Part shown: piece by piece, positions 53,652 through 64,000 of the stretch
Position numbering within the stretch: position 1 is the first letter of the stretch
How the letters are laid out: each line of letters opens with the position of its first letter
Assembly (NCBI GenBank): GCA_964016885.1
Contig: OZ024742.1
Location: 377,580,001 to 377,644,000 of the forward strand
Origin: Eledone cirrhosa
Taxonomy: Eukaryota
Direction of reading: 5' to 3'
Length of the DNA: 64,000 nt
Notes under the pieces: generated by a model
Told to the model about the DNA's origin: nothing
The model's database searches: none
Seen by the model: only the letters and a program-made list of their open reading frames with translations
Program-made: the position numbers and the translations under genes

Positions 53652-54884
53652 GATAAATCTACCAAAATATACGGTAGTGTCCAATCCGTATGAAGAACTC
53701 AATGTAATCCAAATATCATGAAAAGAGAAGATGCATTCAAAAATTTTCGATGAAAATCATAGGAAAACAGAGTTAAGATAAATAAATAAAAACAATGAAT
53801 AAAAACAAAGAACAAGTTCCTTATATTAAATATTAAAAATTCATCATTTATGGTGAATTTTTAATATAAGGAACTTGTTCTTTGTTTTTATTCATTGTTT
53901 TTATTAATTTATCTTAACCCTGTTTTCCTATGATTTTCATCGAAAATTTTTGAATGCATCTTCTCTTTTCATGATATTTGGATTACATTGAGTTCTTCAT
54001 ACGGATTGGACACTACCGTATATTTTGGTAGATTTATCTACATACTTTGCTCCTAATTTTATACAGGTATTCATATTTTAATATATACTTTTTATATACA
54101 TAATTTTATAACTCCCTATATATATAGTTGAGCTCTCTTTCTTGTCCATTATCCATATTACAATGGAAAAACAATACTTGGGAACTTCTTTAAAGAATAT
54201 ACCGATACCTTCTAAGGATGAATTCTTACTTCTTATGATATACAAAAAAACAACCAATTCATCAAAAGGGTCAGATGGAGGGCCTACCACTTTGATAGAA
54301 AAACAAAACATATTGATAAGAAATATTTATATCATTTCACTACATATAAGAACCCACCACACAACTCCTTGCTTGAAAACTTCGAGAAAGACCTATTTAA
54401 CTTAATCAAACACCTCAGATTTAAGAAATATAAATCTAATTTTCAAAAAGATCTTGACTCTACCCTATTGGTTCTAAAAAATCTAGCAAAGTTCACGTCC
54501 ACTCTGACAAAACTGGAAATCTATACCACATGAATATTGATAATTACAATGACTTCATTTATAAAGAACGCAGGAAAAATTATTAAAAAAACAAATAATG
54601 CGGCTCTTACCAATATCAACAACAAAACATACAACATAGTAAATAAACTCAATATTGAAGACAGAACTGAACCTTTGGCACTGAAGAAACAACACTTTAA
54701 CCTGAAAGATCACAAACCTAACTTTAACTCTAATCCTTCTATAAGACTTATATGCCCTTCCAAGTCTGACATTGGCATCATTAGTAACATTTTTTTAGAT
54801 AGAATCATCCCACAATTAAGAATAAAATGATGACTTTTTTAATATAAGGAACTTGTTCTTTGTTTTTATTCATTGTTTTTATTA

Positions 54885-54885
<1 letters not shown>
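53646..54885 (+). mobile_element. Degenerate Naiad-like PLE with inverted 5' duplication and internal deletion
   Basis: Inverted repeat 53646-54044; broken ORF from 54163; short pseudo-LTR remnant 54835-54885 before (TA)n. Confidence 0.75.
54163..54830 (+). pseudogene. PLE ORF N-terminal part, frameshifted
   Basis: SLKNIPIP...FIKRVRWRA...SDKTGNLY...LKDHKPNF..NPSIRLICPSKSDIG, homologous to the 32439 ORF. Confidence 0.85.
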
Positions 54886-54915
<30 letters not shown>

Positions 54916-54919
54916 TATA

Positions 54920-55361
<442 letters not shown>

Positions 55362-55554
55362 TATATTAGGTATAGGAAACAGTGGTCACAGCATTGGATA
55401 TTTGAGTTCTGCAAGTACTTGTGAATTTGCACATAGCATAACTAGGCTGTAGTACCACCGTGGAAACACCTGTAAGCACACGGAATAGATTACCTTTTTT
55501 ATGATGTCTACCTGTTATTATTCATTCTTTATATATATATATATATATATATAC

Positions 55555-56330
55555 AGTAAAAGTATGTGTTCCTACATGTAAAAAATACATATAGGATACA
55601 AGTATTATCCAACCGTATGCCAATGTGGTTCTATGGCAAGTTAATAAATTAATACGCCAGAACATATAAAATCAAGGTTTAGCAAATAGAGAAAAGTTCA
55701 CTGTACTTACTATATGTCCCTTTACCGCGGTTTCCGATCCCAAAATAAACAGATAATCGAAGCCGATATCTATTGAGAAAGAGATCTTCGTCAGATGGCT
55801 TTTCTCACTCGGAGAATATAAAATTCTCGAGTTTGAATCACAAACTGGCACCATACAAAGCTGTTCCCAAATGAGAGTGAATGAGAGAAGAAACAATCTT
55901 GTCTAGTGTCGTGTGCAAAGACAGAAAGCGGGGCGGACAGGTCAATGTCCTGCTACTAAAAATAGCAGCAGTTCAAACGACAAAAAGTCTTCTCAACCTT
56001 AGGTGATCTCTTTCTCAATGGAAATCCGCTTCGATTATCTGTTTATTTTGGGATCGGAAACCGCGGTAAAGGGACATATAGTAAGTACAGTGAACTTTTT
56101 GAAATTTGTTTTAAAACTTTTTCTCTAATTGCTAAACCTTGATTTTATATGTTCTGGCTTATTAATTTATTAACCTGCCATAGAACCACACTGGCATACG
56201 GTTGGACAATACTTATATCCCTATATGTATTTTTTACATGTAGGAACACATACTTTTACTATTATTCTCCCCTAAGGTTGAGAAGACTTTTGGTCGTTTG
56301 AACTGCTGCTATTTTTAGTAGCAGAACATT
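55555..56330. repeat. Two interleaved inverted repeats
   Basis: 55555-55787 vs 56004-56260; 55943-56002 vs 56270-56331. Confidence 0.85.
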
Positions 56331-56374
56331 GGTATCTTTTTCTTGGTTATGTCAAAATTTATAAAACAAACTTT

Positions 56375-56437
56375 GTATTTTATCTGATGAAAGCGTACCA
56401 AAGTTTTGGTACCCTTGAAATATATATAATAGAATAC
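56375..56437 (+). ncRNA. Type I hammerhead
   Basis: gtattttat CTGATGA aag c gtaccaaa gt tttggtac c ctt GAAA tatata TA atagaatac; a decayed inverted copy lies at about 56645-56705. Confidence 0.9.
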
Positions 56438-56772
56438 ATATGGTTTAATAAATATAGTTTCCATTTATTTAATATCATTGAATATTATACTCCAGAAAAC
56501 TTGTCGAGTGCTCTGAATCAGTTATAAACATTTATATTTGTTGAATTTCCAACAAATTGAATATCCCTTTTCCTTATATATATATATATATATATATTAA
56601 TATTAGAAATATTAATAAATAGAAAATATCTTTATAACAACATATTTATTTCATTATACATATTCCAAGGATACAAGATTATAGTACGCCTTCAGATAAA
56701 ATACAAGAGTGCTTCATATCTGTTATAAATTTAACTTTGTTGAATATTCATCAGCAAAGCATATAACTCATC

Positions 56773-56812
<40 letters not shown>

Positions 56813-56916
56813 GTTTACATATATATATATATATATATATACATACATACATATACGTGTTTTGCAACGGGTCACTTTGTGGCTCAATGAAAAGTTAATA
56901 AATTAAATAATCAGAG

Positions 56917-57242
56917 CTATATATCATAAAACATGTCTATAGAATCATCAGATAAAATATATATCATTTCCTTTCCCAATTAGCATAATTAACTATATAA
57001 AAAATCGAATAGACGAGGCTATAAGAATAAGGCTTCTATGAAGAAATCTCCAACAAATAACCGAAACTAGCCCTTCGCGTCGGCCGCGACGCGAAGGGCT
57101 AGTTTCGGTTATTTGTTGGAGATTTCTTCATAGAAGCCTTATTCTTATAGCCTCGTCTATTCGATTTTTTATATAGTTAATTATGCTAATTGGGAGAGGA
57201 AATGGTATATATTTTATCTGGTGATTCTATAGACATGTTTTA

Positions 57243-57252
<10 letters not shown>
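56917..57252. repeat. Palindrome, ~165-bp arms, 4-nt loop with GC-rich apex
   Basis: ctagcccttcgcgtcg gccg cgacgcgaagggctag. Confidence 0.93.
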
Positions 57253-57276
<24 letters not shown>

Positions 57277-57845
57277 ATTTAGGAGTCGCAGAAACCCAAA
57301 TGCTGGATTTTTCCAACCATCCAGGGGTCCGGGTAAATTTTTCAATCATATATTTTTTTATTTGTTTGACCCGAATTACTTGGTCGTTTCTATGGCTTTG
57401 CGGATAATGGTTTTAACCATCGTCTCAGTGTGTTTTACCTTTTAACGTATGTTGTAGCTCTGGTTCGTTAGAATTATTGAGCGCTTGCCACACATCTCGG
57501 AAGTTGTTTTTCGCTAATTTCCAAAGCCGAAATACGATTCTCGATAATTTATATTTGTATATATATATATATATATATAAACAGGAAAAATGAAACGAAA
57601 TTTCATTTCCCACTCTTAGTATGGCTGTTACTTAAATATAAGTATGTACACGTACATACATATATGTATACAGACATACAGTAGTATGTATATATATATA
57701 TACATACATGCACACATATATATATGTACATATGGATTCACCGAACATTTATTATAATGCTCGGAGTGTTTGTAAACAAACATCCCGTATTAAGCCGTAG
57801 TGTCCAGCAACCATCGTTGCTCGTTTGTTCAACACTGACAAAGGA

Positions 57846-57888
57846 ACGCTGTACTAGTTTCAAGCTTATTAGCTATCATCAGCAACGT
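57846..57888 (-). ncRNA. Minimal hammerhead
   Basis: Minus strand acgttg CTGATGA tagctaataagctt GAAAC ta GTA cagcgt. Confidence 0.9.
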
Positions 57889-58265
57889 ATACCTTCCTGC
57901 CAGATTGTTGAACGTATATACTTACCTTATGCATATTAACGGCTGAGTAGCCCAATTTGCATATCGAGTGGGTTAATCGGCCGGGTGCACCGAATACGAT
58001 AAACAGGAAAAATGAAACGAAATTTCATTTCCCACTCTTAGTACGGCTGTTACTTAAATATAAGTATGTACACGTACATACATATATGTATACAGACATA
58101 CAGTAGTATGTATATATATATACATACATGCACACATATATATATGTACGTATGGATTCACCGAACATTTATTATAATGCTCGGAGTGTTTGTAAACAAA
58201 CATCCCGTATTAAGCCGTAGTGTCTAGCAACCATCGTTGCTCGTTTGTTCAACACTGACAAAGGA

Positions 58266-58308
58266 ACGCTGTACTAGTTTCAAGCTTATTAGCTATCATC
58301 AGCAGCCT
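58266..58308 (-). ncRNA. Minimal hammerhead, stem I variant
   Basis: Minus strand aggctg CTGATGA ... GAAAC ta GTA cagcgt. Confidence 0.85.
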
Positions 58309-58760
58309 ATACCTTCCTGCCAGATTGTTGAACGTATATACTTACCTTATGCATATTAACGGCTGAGTAGCCCAATTTGCATATCGAGCGGGTTAACACT
58401 GACAAAGGAACGCTGGTTGCTGGACACTACGGCTTAATACGGGATGTTTGTTTACAAACACTCCGAGCATTATAATAAATGTTCGGTGAATCCATACGTA
58501 CATATATATATATGTGTGCATGTATGTATATATATATACATACTACTGTATGTCTGTATACATATATGTATGTACGTATACATACTTATATTTAAGTAAC
58601 AGCCGTACTAAGAGTGGGAAATGAAATTTCGTTTCATTTTTCTTGTTTATCGTATTCGGTGCACCCGGCCGATTAACCCACTCGATATGCAAATTGGGCT
58701 ACTCAACCGTTAATATGCATAAGGTAAGTATATACGTTCAACAATCTGGCAGGAAGGTAT

Positions 58761-58803
58761 ACGTTGCTGATGATAGCTAATAAGCTTGAAACTAGTACAG
58801 CGT
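58761..58803 (+). ncRNA. Minimal hammerhead
   Basis: acgttg CTGATGA tagctaataagctt GAAAC ta GTA cagcgt. Confidence 0.9.
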
Positions 58804-59327
58804 TCCTTTGTCAGTGTTGAACAAACGAGCAACGATGGTTGCTGGACACTACGGCTTAATACGGGATGTTTAATATATTATAATAAATGTTCGGTGAATC
58901 CATACGTACATATATATATGTGTGCATGTATGTATATATATATACATACTACTGTATGTCTGTATACATATATGTATGTACGTGTACATACTTATATATA
59001 TATATATATATATATGCATTTTATATATATATATGCATTTTATCTTTACGCCGCGGATAAAATAAAATACCAGTAATACACTGGGTCGAATTAGTCGACT
59101 ACCCCTTTCCTTCAAATTCTGGCCTTGTTCCAAATGTAGAAACAATTTTTGTTATAAACCATTCATTGATGAAAATCGATAACTTTGAAGATTTCCACTG
59201 GCTTCTAACATTTTAAGACACTTTCTTTCCAAATATAAACAAAAAAAAATGGTAAAAGTGATAGTTGTAGAACTTCGGTGCCTAAGAGATGCACATTTTA
59301 CTATATTTGATTACGAATACCCGGGTA

Positions 59328-59543
59328 CGAGGGTGGGCTGAAAAGGTCATAGGATGACTATGAAGGAGTGGTGATAAAGCTGTGAAATCTTACATGCATT
59401 ATTAATTTCAACTCTACTAATAAATTTTTTTTTGTTTCTATCCAGGGACTATGTTGAAAAATAAACCTCATTTTGTTATTCCATGAGAGTATCTTGGTCA
59501 GCCTATGAACCTTTCAGCCTATGAACCTTTCAATCGACCCTCC
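59328..59543. mobile_element. Mariner-type MITE
   Basis: TA|cgagggtgggctgaaaaggtcatagg ... cctatgaacctttcaatcgaccctcc|TA. Confidence 0.7.
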
Positions 59544-60109
59544 TATAAGCCTCCAATATAAACATACTTAAAATTCCCAAAATAGTGGAAATCTCGTTAA
59601 AAATGGCAAGAAGAGTTGTATTAGGTATTAGATGTGACTGTGTAAGATATGTACGTGTGTGTTTAAATATTGATTTATAAGTTGTAAAACTTCAAAGCTT
59701 TACATCGAATCTTCTATCTATAAAACCTAAACTAAGAAAATAAATCGTACACAGGAAAATAAAATAGATATTTTTGCGAGTGAAATAAGATTTTTGATAT
59801 TGTAACATTTATCTGGATATCAATGCTTACAAAAAATACAGTTTGTTTTCGTTATTGTTACACATATTTTTAGATCAATTTTTTGTTATTATTAAATCCG
59901 TATTTTCCCCCAATACATTGCTATTCTAAGAAGGTATTAAAAAATATTGTATTAAATAAAAATTTCACTTCTATCTAATATATAGAGAACATGATGTAAC
60001 AGTGTTTCTGTCATGTTTTACAATAGAAGTTTGTGTCAATTTAGTAAACTGCGTGTAATTTGTTTAGCTTTAATGTTAAACATTAGTAACCCATTGTTTT
60101 CGGTATACA

Positions 60110-60499
60110 CAGGGTGTCCCAAAAAAATGTACACACCTATACAGTCAGTATTTATTAGAATGTATACACATTTTGCTTACCTATACAGGCAGTATTACCT
60201 ATACAGGCAGTATTACCTATACAGGCAGTATTTATTTCCCAAAAATAAAATGATCTACAGACATAATTCAATTGTATGTAAGCACCCAAAAATGTTTACA
60301 AAATTTAAATAATTATTTCTACTTTAGGCACAAGGCCAGCAATTACCCAGTGCATTACTGGTACTTTATTTTATCGACCCCGTAAGGATGAAAGGCAAAG
60401 TCAACCTCTACATAATTTAAATAATGCATATAAAATAGAATTTATTTTAATGCATTTTTAAAAGATGTTTTTAAGAATACATTTTTTGAGGACACCCTG
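60110..60499. mobile_element. Tc1/mariner-type MITE with SINE fragment inserted (about 60314-60408)
   Basis: TIRs cagggtgtcccaaaaaaatgt / acattttttgaggacaccctg followed by TA. Confidence 0.75.
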
Positions 60500-61867
60500 T
60501 ATTAATAATTTATATTGAATGGATTTCAATATTCTTCAAAGATTAACGTAGCATATTGAGCAAGTGTAATTTATTATAACCTCGGGCGACTCAAGTATAG
60601 TGAATGTAATTGGGTAGACAGAAACTCATTGGAAGCCCGTCGGATGGATGGTGCTTGTAATTAAAAGGGCCAGCTTTGGTACACACTGTCTCATGCTGAA
60701 TCACTCTGAAAATTGGGTTAAAATTATTTCACGTGTAAGATATTCCTATCATCGAACAACTGGAACACTAATCCTCGAACCCGGTGGAGGTTCATTCCAT
60801 TCTATTCCACATCTGAGGCCATCAATATGGATTGTTGAACTAAAGGAGAGCATTTTAGAAGAATGAATTCTAGAATAAGTTATATTATACATTCTATTTC
60901 CTAACACACAAATCAGTGATGTCGTTATAAAAAAAATAAGCTACTTCATTCCATTTACAATAGAAATCTGAAGTGTTTGTGACTAAATAATAAATGTAAT
61001 TTCATGCCTGTATAAAACATAAATATTTCCTAAAATAATCAAATTAATATAAAATACATAGCTATATTTCATTATAACTAAATTGTAAATACGAACGTAA
61101 TTGATTATAAACAGATTTTCAAGATAGATTCAAGTAATTTCAAACAATAACAGAAAATATTATTTAAATAAAATTGATGAGTAAAAGTTTGATGTTTAGT
61201 TTCGAGATGACAAAGTTTATTAATATTTTCTATCATTCCTTTTTTTCTTCCTCTTCTTTATCCAACTTTGTTCAATAATCTAAACTCTTGGAGAAGTGAG
61301 ATATTTCTATATACGCCACTTCAACTGTCAGCGAGTATTTGATGGATTGTTACAGAAAAGAGAACGAGAGATTCATTTGCAATTTTCTAATTTGGGTCTG
61401 TATTTCAGTCTTTTAAACAGCTGCTTTTCTGTTATTAAAAAGAAATTAAATCCATCGAATGTTGTCATCCTTTCCACAATTCTATGATCAAATATTTTAT
61501 ACTCGGACATTGTATACAATTATCAACCAGAAGTTTCTGCTGAGCAAATATAATTTATATTTTTATATATTGATACATGATACAAATTAAAACAAGTGTA
61601 GGAGAGGGGTTTCAATGAAATCGATCGTAGTACACGACTGGTACTTATTGGTTGCAAAAAAAATGAGAAATCAATTACGGTAAAAAGGGAAAGTAATTTT
61701 ATGTAACATTATCTTGTCTGTGTTTCGTTGTTTCTTAACGAAGACATTGGCGACATTGTTGAAACCCCTCCCTTCCTTTCTTTCTACAATTAATATTAAA
61801 AAATTAGCGATTAATTATCTTTGAATATAATTTCTGGAGCATTATTTGTGTGTATGGCTTATAATGA

Positions 61868-64000
61868 AACATGGTGTAGTGTTAGAGGAAGATATAACAT
61901 GGTGTAGTGTTAGAGGAAGATATAACATGGTGTAGTGTTAGAGGAAGATATAACATGGTGTAGTGTTAGAGGAAGATATAAGATGGTGTAGTGTTAGAGG
62001 AGGATATAACATGGTGTAGTGTTAGAGGAAGATATAACATGGTGTAGTGTTAGAGGAAGATATAACATGGTGTAGTGTTAGAGGAAGATATAAGATGGTG
62101 TAGTGTTAGAGGAAGATATAACATGGTGTAGTGTTAGACGAGGATATAACATGGTGTAGTGTTAGAGGAAGATATAACATGGTGTAGTGTTAGAGGAAGA
62201 TATAACATGGTGTAGTGTTAGAGGAAGATATAACATGGTGTAGTGTTAGTGGAAGATATAACATGGTGTAGTGTTAGAGGAAGATATAACATGGTGTAGT
62301 ATTAGAGGAAGATATAACATGGTGTAGTGTTAGAGGAAGATATAACATGGTGTAGTGTTAGAGGAAGATATGACATGGTGTAGTGTTAGAGGAGGATATA
62401 ACATGGTGTAGTGTTAGAGGAAGATATAACATGGTGTAGTGTTAGAGGAGGATATAACATGGTGTAGTGTTAGAGGAAGATATAAGATGGTGTAGTGTTA
62501 GAGGAAGATATAACATGGTGTAGTGTTAGAGGAAGATATAACATGGTGTAGTGTTAGAGGAAGATATAACATGGTGTAGTGTTAGAGGAGGATATAACAT
62601 GGTGTAGTGTTAGAGGAAGATATAACATGGTGTAGTGTTAGAGGAAGATATAACATGGTGTAGTGTTAGAGGAAGATATAACATGGTGTAGTGTTAGAGG
62701 AGGATATAACATGGTGTAGTGTTAGAGGAAGATATAAGATGGTGTAGTGTTAGAGGAGGATATAACATGGTGTAGTGTTAGAGGAAGATATAAGATGGTG
62801 TAGTGTTAGAGGAAGATATAACATGGTGTAGTGTTAGAGGAAGATATAAGATGGTGTAGTGTTAGAGGAAGATATAACATGGTGTAGTGTTAGAGGAGGA
62901 TATAACATGGTTTAGTGTTAGAGGAAAATATAACATGGTGTAGTGTTAGAGGAAGATATAACATGGTGTAGTGTTAGAGGAAGATATAACATGGTGTGGT
63001 GTTAGAGGAAGATATAAGATGGTGTAGTGTTAGAGGAGGATATAACATGGTGTAGTGTTAGAGGAAGATATAACATGGTGTAGTGTTAGAGGAAGATATA
63101 ACATCGTGTAGTGTTAGAGGAAGATATAAGATGGTGTAGTATTAGAGGAAGATATAACATGGTGTAGTATTAGAGGAAGATATAACATGGTGTAGTGTTA
63201 GAGGAGGATATAACATGGTGTAGTGTTAGAGGAAGATATAACATGGTGTAGTGTTAGAGGAAGATATAAGATGGTGTAGTGCTAGAGGAAGATATAACAT
63301 GGTGTAGTGTTAGAGGAGGATATAACATGGTGTAGTATTAGAGGAAGATATAACATGGTGTAGTATTAGGGGAAGATATAACATGGTGTAGTGTTAGAGG
63401 AGGATATAACATGGTGTAGTGTTAGAGGAGGATATAACATGGTGTAGTGTTAGAGGAAGATATAACATTGTGTAGTGTTAGAGGAAGATATAACATGGTG
63501 TAGTATTAGAGGAAGATATAACATGGTGTAGTGTTAGAGGAGGATATACCATGGTGTAGTATTAGAGGAAGATATAACATGGTGTAGTGTTAGAGGAAGA
63601 TATAACATGGTGTAGTGTTAGAGGAAGATATAACATGGTGTAGTGTTAGAGGAGGATATAACATGGTGTAGTATTAGAGGAAGATATAACATGGTGTAGT
63701 ATTAGAGGAAGATATAACATGGTGTAGTGTTATAGGAAGATATAACATGGTGTAGTGTTAGAGGAGGATATAACATGGTGTAGTGTTAGAGGAAGATATA
63801 ACATGGTGTAGTGTTAGAGGAAGATATAACATGGTGTAGTATTAGAGGAAGATATAACATGGTGTAGTGTTAGAGGAGGATATAACATGGTGTAGTGTTA
63901 GAGGAGGATATAACATGGTGTAGTGTTAGAGGGAGATATCACATGGTGTAGTATTAGAGGAAGATATCACATGGTGTAGTATTAGAGGAGGATATACCAT
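61868..64000. repeat. 28-bp satellite, at least ~76 copies, runs off the window
   Basis: aacatggtgtagtgttagaggaagatat. Confidence 0.98.

Larger units (their letters stand above)
57579..58995. mobile_element. Retrozyme-like HHR tandem repeat, cluster 2 (~420-bp period), inverted near 58415
   Basis: Units start at 57579 and 58001; then ~1.4 units in the opposite orientation; (TA)n on both sides. Confidence 0.88.

Noticed and set aside
55755-55800. Minus-strand CTGACGA as a hammerhead
   Set aside because: Stem II and GAAA cannot be assigned convincingly
61868-64000. Telomeric repeat
   Set aside because: 28-bp unit containing ttagagg, not tandem TTAGGG

Overview
Eukaryotic, AT-rich, repeat-saturated window with no recognisable host protein-coding gene. 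The SINE complement and the (TA)n/(CA)n/(TATG)n density suggest an octopus-like mollusc (inference). It contains: an intact Penelope-like element (PLE; RT + GIY-YIG, 32439-34583) between two hammerhead-ribozyme (HHR) pseudo-LTRs, with a near-intact CR1-group LINE and other inserts nested in its microsatellite 3' UTR; two degenerate PLEs; a non-autonomous LTR element with matching 368-bp LTRs, a tRNA-Trp PBS and a 4-bp TSD; fragments of CRE-like, R4/Dong-like and RTE LINEs; SINEs, MITEs and several satellites. The main signal missing from the ORF track is RNA-level. By eye I find about 24 intact, degenerate or partial type I hammerheads from about ten sequence families. They include a tandem ~420-426 bp non-coding retrozyme-like unit and hammerheads with a stem II region of up to ~116 nt. 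Most lie in fold-back (inverted-repeat) inserts at (TA)n tracts. Most listed ORFs are microsatellite artefacts. All calls are by eye; no searches or folding were run.
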